The position numbers were made by a program, and so were the translations under genes. Below the pieces are notes generated by a model. It saw only the letters and a program-made list of their open reading frames with translations, was not told the DNA's origin and did not search any database. From a virus (Duplodnaviria > Caudoviricetes), in IMG/VR virus record IMGVR_UViG_3300028797_000124, positions 1 to 64,000 of that record: a stretch of 64,000 bases of DNA; one strand, written 5' to 3'. Of this stretch, positions 1-9,476 are shown one piece after another. Every line of letters starts with the position of its first letter. The stretch's first letter is position 1.

Positions 1-2
1 AT

Positions 3-1892
3 GGTGAAGGATATGTGTATGTAATCCCATATTCCAAAGTCTTTGCAGATTTACATAAGTACAGAACATCGGCTTCTGATAAAGCTACAGGTAATGTCGT
101 TAGTATGTTTAATGATACTTCATCTTCACTTGATGGATATGGATATCATGAGCATGCTGTTGAAAAGCGTCTGTCGGATACCATAGTAATGGAAGCTGCT
201 CCAGTTCCAGCACAACCCAAGAAGAAAAAGGGTGATTACAAACGTAACACCGGAATGTATCAGGAAAGTGCTCAGTTGTTTACTGAAGCAGAAATTCAGG
301 AAATCAACCCATCATATCACTCTGTAAAAGATAAGGGTGATGAGAAGTACGATGAACAGGCAAAAGTTGATACAGCTATCGACGAATCAATCACAGAAGT
401 TGCTAAGAACATCTCTTACATCGAAGATGATATTGCAATTCCTGTAATTGAACAGTCTTCACATGATCTTATTGCGGTATATCGTGAAAAGTATCGTGAA
501 CGTAATGAGAGCTATATCCAGGAATCTAAAACATTCTTTGAATCTGTTATGGATGAAAAGAATGAAGAAGATAAGGATGCTGCAATACCACCCGAGTTCT
601 CCAAGATCAAGGGTGTATATATGAAGATACTCCCTGCAACTAAGCTGATTCCTATCAGAATCGATCGTGTCGTAATTGGATATTACTACGTATCCGATCT
701 TACACGTCCCGAGGAAGCTGGTGACAGAAAGAACTCTGGTCTTCATGGATATACTCTCAGAACACCTTCAATCGGTTTCGACACATTCTCCCCAGATCAG
801 ATGTTTGCAGATAAGCTTGCAAACAAGATCATCAACAATTTCAATCTGAAATTCATGAGAGATAACGTGTCTATTCATAAACAGATCGTTGCTGTTCTTC
901 AAGCTCATAAGTTCAACGAAGCAAGAATGCGTTTCATATTCATTCCTGCAGAACACGTTGTTCAGTGCACTATCAACAAGGATGGTGCTGGTAAGGGCCA
1001 CTCAATGCTTGAGGCTGGATTGGTTACAGCAAGAATGTACATGTTCTTGAAACTCTACTGTCTCCTATATCAGATAAACAACTCCGGTATTCGTGCATAC
1101 TATCTAAGAACATCTGGTATCGATAAGAACTACAAAGCTCTTATACAGGATACAATCAGAAAGTTCGCAGCTCGTAGGGTTACAGCTAATGATATCTTCA
1201 ACTACAGAAACGCAATGCCTAAGGTTTCGGGCGGTTCCGAAATGGTTATGCCGCTCGGTCCTGGAGACAAACGTCCAATCGATATTGAGAATATCGCACC
1301 AGCTGAAGCCCCACTCTCAATGGATCTGTTGAATCAGTCTAAGGACGAAGCTATCAACGCAAATCCTGTTCCTTCTGCAATGGTTCAGGGTGCTATGTCT
1401 GAGCTTGAGTTCGCTAAGGAAGTTGAGACATCTCAGGAGAGATTCCACACATATTGTGCATCTCTTAAGATTGACCTCAACCCAGATATTACTCGTCTCT
1501 ACAGAATCATCATGAGATGGGAAACAGATATCGATCCGAAGATCTTGAATACATTAACATTCGCGTTCCGTCAGTCTACTGCGAAGAAGCTTTCGGTTAC
1601 AACTGAAATGTTGAATAACTTCAACGGCGTTTGGGAATTGGCATCTTCAACGCTCCTTACAAAGGCTGAGATGAAGGATATGGAAAGTGACACTGAAGAA
1701 AGCGGCGGAGTTGCTCGCGAATTCAAGAAGGCTATGATCTCTGAATATCTGGGATCTGCTATTGATGTTGACAGACTTGAAGAGTTGTTGAAGGATGCTC
1801 GTAAGAAAGCAAATAAAACAAAGCTTGAGGAAACAAACCCAGCTGAGAATATGGTAGATGATCAGGAGAAGTTGGAAGAGGAGATGATGTAA
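3..1892 (+). CDS. Portal protein, jumbo-phage type (5'-truncated by window edge)
   Basis: Frame is open from position 3 (GEGYVYVIPY). Segments RFIFIPAEHVV..GKGHSML..ARMYMFLKL and a late NPVPS..ELEFAK resemble T4 gp20/jumbo-phage portals. Lies near terminase. Confidence 0.6.
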   Translation, partial: GEGYVYVIPYSKVFADLHKYRTSASDKATGNVVSMFNDTSSSLDGYGYHEHAVEKRLSDTIVMEAAPVPAQPKKKKGDYKRNTGMYQESAQLFTEAEIQEINPSYHSVKDKGDEKYDEQAKVDTAIDESITEVAKNISYIEDDIAIPVIEQSSHDLIAVYREKYRERNESYIQESKTFFESVMDEKNEEDKDAAIPPEFSKIKGVYMKILPATKLIPIRIDRVVIGYYYVSDLTRPEEAGDRKNSGLHGYTLRTPSIGFDTFSPDQMFADKLANKIINNFNLKFMRDNVSIHKQIVAVLQAHKFNEARMRFIFIPAEHVVQCTINKDGAGKGHSMLEAGLVTARMYMFLKLYCLLYQINNSGIRAYYLRTSGIDKNYKALIQDTIRKFAARRVTANDIFNYRNAMPKVSGGSEMVMPLGPGDKRPIDIENIAPAEAPLSMDLLNQSKDEAINANPVPSAMVQGAMSELEFAKEVETSQERFHTYCASLKIDLNPDITRLYRIIMRWETDIDPKILNTLTFAFRQSTAKKLSVTTEMLNNFNGVWELASSTLLTKAEMKDMESDTEESGGVAREFKKAMISEYLGSAIDVDRLEELLKDARKKANKTKLEETNPAENMVDDQEKLEEEMM

Positions 1893-1893
1893 T

Positions 1894-4419
1894 GTGAAGC
1901 TCGAGAGAACTACAACAGGACTCATAATCCACCAACCTTCTATGGATATCAAACGTGCAGTATTGAGATACTTTTCACTGACAAATCCGGTGAGAGAGTA
2001 TTTCATATACTCCGGCAATGACAGGAAAAAGAAACCTCTCTTCGGTAAAGAACATGACTGTATTTATATTTCTTCTGGTTTCCTCAATATAATAGATGAG
2101 GCAATCAGAAAGCTTCCCAAACCAACAGTCATCAGTTATCAAACACCTAAGAAGGTTGAGATAACTATGAATCGTGAACCCCGTTCAAAGCTGCAGGAAG
2201 ATTGCATTCACAAAATGCTCAATGATAATTCCAATAAGTTGACGATTGAACTTAAACCAGGAACTGGCAAATGTGAACCTTATTCTCGTAAGATACCAAC
2301 ACCAACCAAAGAAGGTTACACTCTGATGGGTGATCTGAAGGTTGGTGATTTCGTATTCGACAGAAGAGGAAACTTGACTCAGATACTTCACATATTTGAA
2401 CAGGGTGTAAAGGATGTTTATAAGATAACATTCCAAGATGGACGCATTGCATTATGTGGTCTTGAGCATTTGTGGACTGTTAAGTCCCATAAGAATGGAA
2501 TATGGAAAACGGTCACCACCGAAGACATGTTAAAGGATTTCAAAAGAATATCTCCATGGAAGGTTAAAAATGGCAGAGACGATCCATATGATTATAAATA
2601 CTACATCCCGGTATGTAATGCCACAAATTATCCAAAGCAACCTGTTCCGATCGACCCGTGGGTTCTCGGATGTTTCATAGGAAACGGCTGTTGTACTAAT
2701 GATGTACTAACAATATCATCGGGCGCAGATGATATTCCCAAGAGGATAGCGGATATATGTGGATTTAAAGTAAAACGCAATCCAGCGAATTACAATTACA
2801 CGTTCTATGACAAAAACGGAAAAGGCATAAAAACCGGAGTTTTCTTTAAAGAGATCCCAGATATGATCAACTGCTATTCGCGTGATAAGAAGATTCCAGA
2901 CATTTATCTGTATAACGATATCGAAACGCGTATGAATGTTGTCAGGGGATTGCTTGACACTGACGGTAGTATTTCTCCGGCGGGAGGAAGGTATAACATT
3001 AGATACTCTTCATGTTCATTAAAACTTTTAAAGCAGTTAAGATGGATAATGTATTCCCTTGGTTTCAGCACCGGTAAGATTATTACAGATATTAGAGAAG
3101 ATAAATATGTCGAGGATTTCTGTGGTAATATATTCCTGAAAATCCCAAACAACATGAAACAGAATTTCTTTACAGTTGATTACAAAAGATCGATTGCTAT
3201 GGAAGCTTCTAATGTTGATAAAGATAACATTTTCGAAGATCTTCTAATCAAGGATATTTCTTTTTCGCATAAGGAAGAATGTAGATGTATCATGGTTGAT
3301 AATGATGAACACCTTTATCTGACCGAGGACTTCATTGTTACACATAATACCTTTATTGCGACTTATGCGGCTTCCAAGATTCAGATGAAACCTCTCGTAA
3401 TAGCTCCCACAACCCTGTTGAAGAATCAGTGGGTTGAGGAGTTTGAAGGTTGTGGTATTCCAAGAGAAGATATAGCTACTCGAATATGGGATGCTCCAGA
3501 CAAGAAACTCTGTGTTGTTACGATAGCATCAATTGAACTTGAACTTGGTAAAGATTGGGAGAAGTTGATGAAAGTCATCAATGACTCTTCATTCGGTATC
3601 AAGATTGTCGACGAAGCACATCTTCACTTGAAGGGTGTGCTTAAACTGGATGCTATATGTAACATCAAACACAACTGGTATCTGTCAGCTACTCTCGGAA
3701 GATCTGACCCTGATGAAGATAATATTCTGAATCGTGCGTTATTAGATGCTGAGAGATTCGTAGGTAATGCAAACTACGAAGAGTACCAGAATGAATACGT
3801 CAATATATACTTACAGGACATCTATTACAATCCCTCAAATAAGCTCTGTAATGAGCACTTCAAGTATGGTACGAAGGGTTTGATAAAAGCCACATACTAC
3901 AGAATGCTTCTCGATTACAATCGTGGGGTCCCATTCATGAATAATATCAAACGTCTGATAAAGATAGCATATGATACCAAAACCTACGACGGTAAGATAC
4001 TTGTGCTTGTACCTTTGTTGGATGTTATTGATCGTCTCAAAAACGAACTCTTGAATGATTCGTGGTATGATAAGTTTAACATAGTAACCGTAGATGGATC
4101 CCTCCCACTTGCGGTGAAACGTAAGGCTCTGGAGGATGGTGACCTTATATTAACCACGACTATGAGTGTTGGTACGGGTACCGATATTAAAAACCTCGCT
4201 TGTGTAATAAACTTCGATCAAGCGGCATCTCCAATCATACTTGAACAGGTATGTGGAAGACTCCGTGATCGTGGTAAAGAGTGTTGGTTCTTTGATATCA
4301 CCGATCATGTTAAACAGGCTAAATCATTCGAATCTTGGGGAAGGAAACGTCGTGGCTTATTACCATACTTCCCCGGAGTTAAACCCGACATGAAATTGTT
4401 ACCACCAATCAAATGCTGA
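1894..4419 (+). CDS. Superfamily 2 (UvsW-like DExH) helicase containing an intein
   Basis: Walker A KPGTGK|T (split by intein), motif Ia VIAPTTLL, Walker B IVDEAH, motif III LSAT, motif V GTGTDI, motif VI QVCGRLR. Confidence 0.9.
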   Translation: MKLERTTTGLIIHQPSMDIKRAVLRYFSLTNPVREYFIYSGNDRKKKPLFGKEHDCIYISSGFLNIIDEAIRKLPKPTVISYQTPKKVEITMNREPRSKLQEDCIHKMLNDNSNKLTIELKPGTGKCEPYSRKIPTPTKEGYTLMGDLKVGDFVFDRRGNLTQILHIFEQGVKDVYKITFQDGRIALCGLEHLWTVKSHKNGIWKTVTTEDMLKDFKRISPWKVKNGRDDPYDYKYYIPVCNATNYPKQPVPIDPWVLGCFIGNGCCTNDVLTISSGADDIPKRIADICGFKVKRNPANYNYTFYDKNGKGIKTGVFFKEIPDMINCYSRDKKIPDIYLYNDIETRMNVVRGLLDTDGSISPAGGRYNIRYSSCSLKLLKQLRWIMYSLGFSTGKIITDIREDKYVEDFCGNIFLKIPNNMKQNFFTVDYKRSIAMEASNVDKDNIFEDLLIKDISFSHKEECRCIMVDNDEHLYLTEDFIVTHNTFIATYAASKIQMKPLVIAPTTLLKNQWVEEFEGCGIPREDIATRIWDAPDKKLCVVTIASIELELGKDWEKLMKVINDSSFGIKIVDEAHLHLKGVLKLDAICNIKHNWYLSATLGRSDPDEDNILNRALLDAERFVGNANYEEYQNEYVNIYLQDIYYNPSNKLCNEHFKYGTKGLIKATYYRMLLDYNRGVPFMNNIKRLIKIAYDTKTYDGKILVLVPLLDVIDRLKNELLNDSWYDKFNIVTVDGSLPLAVKRKALEDGDLILTTTMSVGTGTDIKNLACVINFDQAASPIILEQVCGRLRDRGKECWFFDITDHVKQAKSFESWGRKRRGLLPYFPGVKPDMKLLPPIKC
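2272..3348 (+). mobile_element. Intein (359 aa) with LAGLIDADG homing endonuclease
   Basis: Begins with Cys (CEPYSRKIPTP..MGDLKVGDFVF), block B HLWTV, LAGLIDADG-like helices PWVLGCFIGNG and VVRGLLDTDGSI, ends HLYLTEDFIVTHN followed by Thr. Removing it restores GTGKT. Confidence 0.95.
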
Positions 4420-4452
4420 ACGGCATAGTTGTACCTCCTAAAAACATTGGGT

Positions 4453-4472
4453 ACGGGGCCTTCGGGCCCCGT
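4453..4472 (+). terminator. GC-rich hairpin with UUCG loop after helicase
   Basis: ACGGGGCC-TTCG-GGCCCCGT; the T tract downstream is weak and offset. Confidence 0.65.
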
Positions 4473-4505
4473 TCTCGATGTCCTATTATTTTGACTTTGT
4501 ATAAG

Positions 4506-4551
4506 TATATTATTAATACGATAGATCATTAGGGTCTGTCAAAATCGGAAG
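4506..4551 (+). promoter_or_regulatory. Putative early promoter motif + hairpin + AATCGGAAG box
   Basis: TATATTATTAA at 4506-4516; stem GATAGATC/GGTCTGTC (two G-U pairs) at 4520-4540. The motif recurs five times upstream of accessory genes. Confidence 0.7.
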
Positions 4552-4570
4552 TAAAAAGGAGAAATCAATT

Positions 4571-6157
4571 ATGATGAACAAATTAAAAACAATGAAGATG
4601 TCAACATTGGTGATCGCAATGATTGCATCGAACGCAATTCACGGTGTTGTGACGACGTTGCTCAACAAAAATGAAGCAGCGATTGTACACGGTTTCACAT
4701 CCAAGATATTCATCACTTTGGTGATTGGATATCTGATGGTGATCGGATTAAATCTGGTAGATAAATTTATCTACGGGGCATTTAAGACTCGTGAGATAAA
4801 TAACCAGCACATCAAGATCCTGAGGCGAGTGACGGGATCGAAGATGAGTGATATTCAGCAAATCGCAAGCGGTAAGATCTTCGATACAGCTAAAGACATC
4901 GCTGCAACAATGGCGATGATGAAGGTGTCGATGGCATTTATGTTATATTCGACAATACCCTTCGTGTTTTTAATCATGAAGGAAATCAAAGCAGCACCAG
5001 CTGCAGCCGTAGTATCCCTCACATCAATCCCTCTTAGTGTTGGATTGATACTGGGTATTGAGAAGAAACTCAAATTCACCGAGGAACAGAAAAAGAAGAA
5101 ATCGGTGATGCAAGGCATATGTGCGGATAACTTTGTGAATATTCGTACTGTCAAATACTTGGGAATCTCCAATCATGCTGTGAAGAGATTAGAGAAAGCC
5201 CAGGATGATGCTTGGGAAGTGAGCATCAATCCCAGACAAATATACTTCTTCAGATTAATAGATGCTATATGTATTGCCCCATTACTGATTAATGCGTACA
5301 TATGCAGAAATAATCTGGAGTTGTTGGCATTGATCGTTGTCAGCAATTATGCAATCGGAAATTTCAGATCGGGATTGCTCGACATTGGTGATGCTATTGT
5401 GAGTCTGAAAGCTTCATATTCTATAATAGAAAACCTGAAGAATGACGATAACGAAAGTCGTGTAAAGCTCAACGACGACATCGTTCTCGAGGATGTCTTC
5501 TTCGATTATGGCAAGGATACGATTAAATTCAACATCCCTTACCTCAGAATCAAGAAGGGGTCCAAAACAATGGTTGTCGGTGAGTCAGGTGAGGGTAAAT
5601 CCTCTCTCGCAAATCTTCTGGCTGGAGGAATCAAACCGAGCACTGGAGAAGTTCCTGCATATGACACCTTCTACATATGGCAGGAAACTGAGTCGTTGGA
5701 TGACACGTTGTGGCATAACATCGTGTTCGATAATCCATACGGGTTATCGGAGTCTGACGTGCTCAGGTATTTCGATAAACTAAATCTGACCGATTGGTTC
5801 ATGGAGCTTAAAGATGGCTTTAATACCAACATCGGAGAGCACGGCTGTAAGCTCTCATCCGGTCAGAAACAGCGCGTTAATATAATTCGCGCAGTGATAG
5901 AAATGCAGCATAATCCAGATAGATTATTCATCCTGGATGAGATAACATCAAATCTGGATGATATAACTCGTGAGGCTGCAATTAAGCTTTTCGAGGATGC
6001 TATGTGTGAAGACATGACTGTTATATTCATCACACATAATGATGGTTTCGATGCGATTTGTGATAACAAGATCGTTGTCAAAGACCATCGCTTCATCACC
6101 GATAATATCAAGCATCAGAAATATGATGAATGGATTGTCGGTACCGTTACGAAATAA
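4571..6157 (+). CDS. ABC exporter half-transporter (transmembrane domain + ATPase)
   Basis: Several N-terminal hydrophobic helices; Walker A GESGEGKS, signature LSSGQKQR, Walker B/D-loop FILDEITSNLD, H-switch ITHN. SD AAGGAG upstream. Confidence 0.9.
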   Translation: MMNKLKTMKMSTLVIAMIASNAIHGVVTTLLNKNEAAIVHGFTSKIFITLVIGYLMVIGLNLVDKFIYGAFKTREINNQHIKILRRVTGSKMSDIQQIASGKIFDTAKDIAATMAMMKVSMAFMLYSTIPFVFLIMKEIKAAPAAAVVSLTSIPLSVGLILGIEKKLKFTEEQKKKKSVMQGICADNFVNIRTVKYLGISNHAVKRLEKAQDDAWEVSINPRQIYFFRLIDAICIAPLLINAYICRNNLELLALIVVSNYAIGNFRSGLLDIGDAIVSLKASYSIIENLKNDDNESRVKLNDDIVLEDVFFDYGKDTIKFNIPYLRIKKGSKTMVVGESGEGKSSLANLLAGGIKPSTGEVPAYDTFYIWQETESLDDTLWHNIVFDNPYGLSESDVLRYFDKLNLTDWFMELKDGFNTNIGEHGCKLSSGQKQRVNIIRAVIEMQHNPDRLFILDEITSNLDDITREAAIKLFEDAMCEDMTVIFITHNDGFDAICDNKIVVKDHRFITDNIKHQKYDEWIVGTVTK

Positions 6158-6159
6158 TT

Positions 6160-6189
6160 TGAGGGCCCAGCAATGGGCCTTCATTTTTT
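6160..6189 (+). terminator. Intrinsic terminator after ABC gene
   Basis: TGAGGGCCCA-GCAA-TGGGCCTTCA followed by TTTTTT. Confidence 0.85.
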
Positions 6190-6233
6190 CTATGCTACCG
6201 GGGTTGAAATCGTTTATTTCAAGATTTCATATA

Positions 6234-6286
6234 TATATTATTAATATGATAGGAAAGCAAAATAAAAAAGCTTTCTAAATCGGAAG
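6234..6286 (+). promoter_or_regulatory. Putative early promoter motif + hairpin + AATCGGAAG box
   Basis: TATATTATTAA at 6234-6244; GGAAAGC/GCTTTCT stem at 6252-6276. Confidence 0.7.
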
Positions 6287-6339
6287 ATAAAAAGATTTCT
6301 AAAAGGAGGAATCAATTATGTTAACTATGATTTGGAATC

Positions 6340-6747
6340 ATGAAAAAAACAACACCTTATCTCGAATTTCCTATAAAGATTGAGAGAGATCTGAATCTAA
6401 GAGTTTCAGACATGGAGTTGAATGATGGGACAATTTGGCACATTCAAAAGTCATTAAACAAATGGGGAAATCTTACAATAAATGATATATGCGATTACCT
6501 TGAAAAAGGGATAAAGCGTATCCCCGGAGGTGAGAACTATACCTCATATGAAAACACACTTAATGCTGCACACACTTCGGGTTTAATTCCCGAAATATCT
6601 ATCGGCACAGTTTTGACAGATATACGGTTTAAAGGATTGCCCGTTGACTATATAGAAGATCTTCCCCGTCTCATTAGAGTATGGGAGAAATACAACAGGC
6701 ACCTTGACCTCGTAGAAGTTGCAAAAGAAATAATAAACAATAAATAA
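6340..6747 (+). CDS. Hypothetical protein; true start probably 6318, with a frameshift in an A7 run
   Basis: 135-aa ORF. The strong SD AAGGAGG serves ATG 6318, which is out of frame by one base across A7 at 6343-6349. Confidence 0.6.
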   Translation: MKKTTPYLEFPIKIERDLNLRVSDMELNDGTIWHIQKSLNKWGNLTINDICDYLEKGIKRIPGGENYTSYENTLNAAHTSGLIPEISIGTVLTDIRFKGLPVDYIEDLPRLIRVWEKYNRHLDLVEVAKEIINNK

Positions 6748-6761
6748 TCGGAGGTATTATT

Positions 6762-7217
6762 ATGAAAGAAATGAACTTTTCGGAAAGAGAAAAATTTCTT
6801 AAAGAGGAGATAACACATTGGGGAAGCAGCTGTTATGGCTGCACACCCACAGACACAGGTTTCAAAACCGAGTGGGGTGAATCTGTGGAACTCCACATTG
6901 AACATTTCACCGCGGTGGTTGTTTTCCGTGTAGAAAACACCATCTCGGCAATATACTCGCTAAGCCTTGAGACTGGAGTTGGGCTCATGATAAGAAATGA
7001 ATTCCTTCCTGGTGGAAGGTTCGAAAACGAATCCGGCGGTCTCATCGCCGACTTCTTCGGACCAATATGGTCCAATCATAATGATGACGGTGTCTTTCAA
7101 TTGATGAACGAGCCCATTATCATCGACACAACGGAGCCAAGGATCAAGCCGATGACGATCGACGAGATCGTTAACGACATCATCGGCAAGATCTGTACAG
7201 ACGATGAAATCGAATAA
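6762..7217 (+). CDS. Hypothetical protein
   Basis: 151-aa ORF with SD GGAGGT, followed by a terminator. Confidence 0.75.
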   Translation: MKEMNFSEREKFLKEEITHWGSSCYGCTPTDTGFKTEWGESVELHIEHFTAVVVFRVENTISAIYSLSLETGVGLMIRNEFLPGGRFENESGGLIADFFGPIWSNHNDDGVFQLMNEPIIIDTTEPRIKPMTIDEIVNDIIGKICTDDEIE

Positions 7218-7252
7218 GAAAGAAGCCCCCTTAACGGGGGCTCTTTTTCTTG
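7217..7252. terminator. Bidirectional intrinsic terminator between convergent genes
   Basis: GCCCCC-TTAAC-GGGGGC flanked by A-rich and T-rich tracts. Confidence 0.8.
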
Positions 7253-9388
7253 TTAATAGAATGAATTGACAGAAGAAAAATATGCATAGTCGGTTGCAGA
7301 CAAATCAGAATCATCTTCATTTTTTTGCAATCCCGCTCGGTTGGTCGTATGATTATATTGATCATATGAGTAACCAAGTTCGTCGATTCCTCTGAAACCA
7401 GGATTGGTCAAATCATGTAGAAGTTGTTCTTCATACATTGTCGGATGATCATACGGTTTCATATTGTTGACTGTCTCTTCAGCAACTTCATATTCATATT
7501 CTTGAATAACATCGTTAACCTTCTCAAATGTACATTTGGTTTTATCGATACCAAATCTGGAGATGTCGTTACCGTAATACAGTACATAGAGCGTATGTAA
7601 GTAAGACATAACCATATCATCATGTTCACCATCAGCAGCCTGGATTTTACCGTTCTTACCCTTAACGAGATTAAGAATATCTGTAGCCAGTTGCTTTGTA
7701 CAGAGCAGGTGCTTATAATCCTTTACATGACGCTTCAACAAATCCATCATGTTATTACGCACAGCGGTTGTAACGTATGTGCCGATATATTGTTTTTTCT
7801 TCGCTTTAGCCTTAGCTTCTTCAAGAGGATCCTTAACCTCGATAGCATTCTTAGCAAGATCCATTTTAGGATCATAATAGAATCTATGCTCGAGTCCAGT
7901 CTCCTGAACGAAGTCAACAATAGCCTTACCAACAGAATTGGTTTCAACACAGAATACTCCCTTAGGAATAATCTTCGCGAGATCGGTGATTATACGCATG
8001 AGATCTATCAATCCTATATAAGGAGATTGTAATTCTGCGACAACTTCCAACGTGTATGGATGTACAACACAGATAGCTGTATTATCACCATCACCACCAG
8101 CAGCAACGTCTATGCCGATTAGATACGGAATGTTGATATCAAAGTATGGTGTAGCTGAAGTAATATCAACCGTCTTAATATCATGCTTATAGCAATATAG
8201 ATGGAATTTCTTTCTAAGGAAGATATCATAGCTCCATTGCTTAACATGTTCCTTGATATAGTCCATGTCCTTTTGATCGAACAGAACAGCGTCTCCACCA
8301 CGGAATCTTTCTAACAGAACACCTCGACGATACTCGGCAAGTTTGTTTGTTCTGACAGCTTCAAGATATTGTTCTTGAACCCAAGCTTCTGTTTTACGGA
8401 GTTGCTTATAATCGAATTCGATATAAAGCATTGTGATCTGTTCTTTCTTACCATCTTCACCTTCACGTTCAACGCCTTCGAAATGAGCTTTGATTTCTTC
8501 ATCTGTGAAATCGTAGAACTGTTCGGAGAATGGAGGTGTCTGATCGATCATGTGTTGTGCTTCCTTACCAGTCTGGGTTTCCAAGTCACCTGGCGTGGAT
8601 GCATACATCATACATGCACGACCGCCATTTTCAGCCGCAATCTTACGACCTGAGATAATAGCAGGAGAAGCACCTGCGATAACGGACGATATGTAAGGTA
8701 TATATTCCCACTCGTCGATGAATCCAACGAAGAGCGTCATACCTCTCATCTTATCCTTCGCTTTTACTTCAGAATCTGCAGATGACAGAATCTTGATTCC
8801 TGTACCATGTTCATCATACTTAAGTGACTTAAGTCCAGGAAGTTTCTGTCTACCATACCATGGATTCATGTATGGTGGCAATACTGTGATGTAGTCACGT
8901 AACATCTCAGCGTTACGTAAAGTATCAGCTTCTTTCAAGTGCATGAACGGTATATCAACATTCTTGAGTTCATAGATGAATGCATATGTAATCAACAATT
9001 CAACTATGGTAGTCTTCCACGTCTGACGAGGCTGACATATCATGAAGTCGATATTATGTAAATAACACCAACAAGCTGCACACGATGCTCTTGTGAGACC
9101 AACGAGATATGGTTTCGGAGCACCTCGAGCTGGAATTCGCGCTACCTCTCTCAACCAGAACCAGAGGTTGGCTTTTGATTCAATATGTATCTTACCCTGG
9201 TTTTCACGAGAGATATTAGGATCATATGGATCTATGTCCTGGACACCAAGCTGTGGGAATTTAACCTCGAGCATGAAGTACCAATTTTTGATACCGAGTG
9301 TCTTTAATTCAGCCGCAGTTAACAAAAAAGATTCATTCTTGGTTCCAAAGTCATAATACTTACCATTGATCTTTACAATCTTTGACAT
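7253..9388 (-). CDS. terL: Terminase large subunit
   Basis: Walker A-like PRQTWKTT, Walker B GFIDEWE, coupling motif YASTP, RNase H-fold nuclease LIGIDVAAGGDGD..VETNSVG..HDDMVMS. Start moved to MSKIV (9388) behind SD AAAGGAG. Confidence 0.9.
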   Translation of the reverse strand: MSKIVKINGKYYDFGTKNESFLLTAAELKTLGIKNWYFMLEVKFPQLGVQDIDPYDPNISRENQGKIHIESKANLWFWLREVARIPARGAPKPYLVGLTRASCAACWCYLHNIDFMICQPRQTWKTTIVELLITYAFIYELKNVDIPFMHLKEADTLRNAEMLRDYITVLPPYMNPWYGRQKLPGLKSLKYDEHGTGIKILSSADSEVKAKDKMRGMTLFVGFIDEWEYIPYISSVIAGASPAIISGRKIAAENGGRACMMYASTPGDLETQTGKEAQHMIDQTPPFSEQFYDFTDEEIKAHFEGVEREGEDGKKEQITMLYIEFDYKQLRKTEAWVQEQYLEAVRTNKLAEYRRGVLLERFRGGDAVLFDQKDMDYIKEHVKQWSYDIFLRKKFHLYCYKHDIKTVDITSATPYFDINIPYLIGIDVAAGGDGDNTAICVVHPYTLEVVAELQSPYIGLIDLMRIITDLAKIIPKGVFCVETNSVGKAIVDFVQETGLEHRFYYDPKMDLAKNAIEVKDPLEEAKAKAKKKQYIGTYVTTAVRNNMMDLLKRHVKDYKHLLCTKQLATDILNLVKGKNGKIQAADGEHDDMVMSYLHTLYVLYYGNDISRFGIDKTKCTFEKVNDVIQEYEYEVAEETVNNMKPYDHPTMYEEQLLHDLTNPGFRGIDELGYSYDQYNHTTNRAGLQKNEDDSDLSATDYAYFSSVNSFY

Positions 9389-9408
9389 ACTCACTTCTCC
9401 TTTCTTTA

Positions 9409-9453
9409 AAAATAAATGGGTTGGCTGGGGGACTGAGCCCCCACCCAAACCAT
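9409..9453 (-). terminator. Long hairpin + U tract between RNAP beta-C and terL
   Basis: Minus strand ATGGTTTGGGTGGGGGCTCAGTCCCCCAGCCAACCCAT then TTATTTTT. Confidence 0.55.
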
Positions 9454-9476
9454 CTCAGTAGGAGTATTTGATCGAA

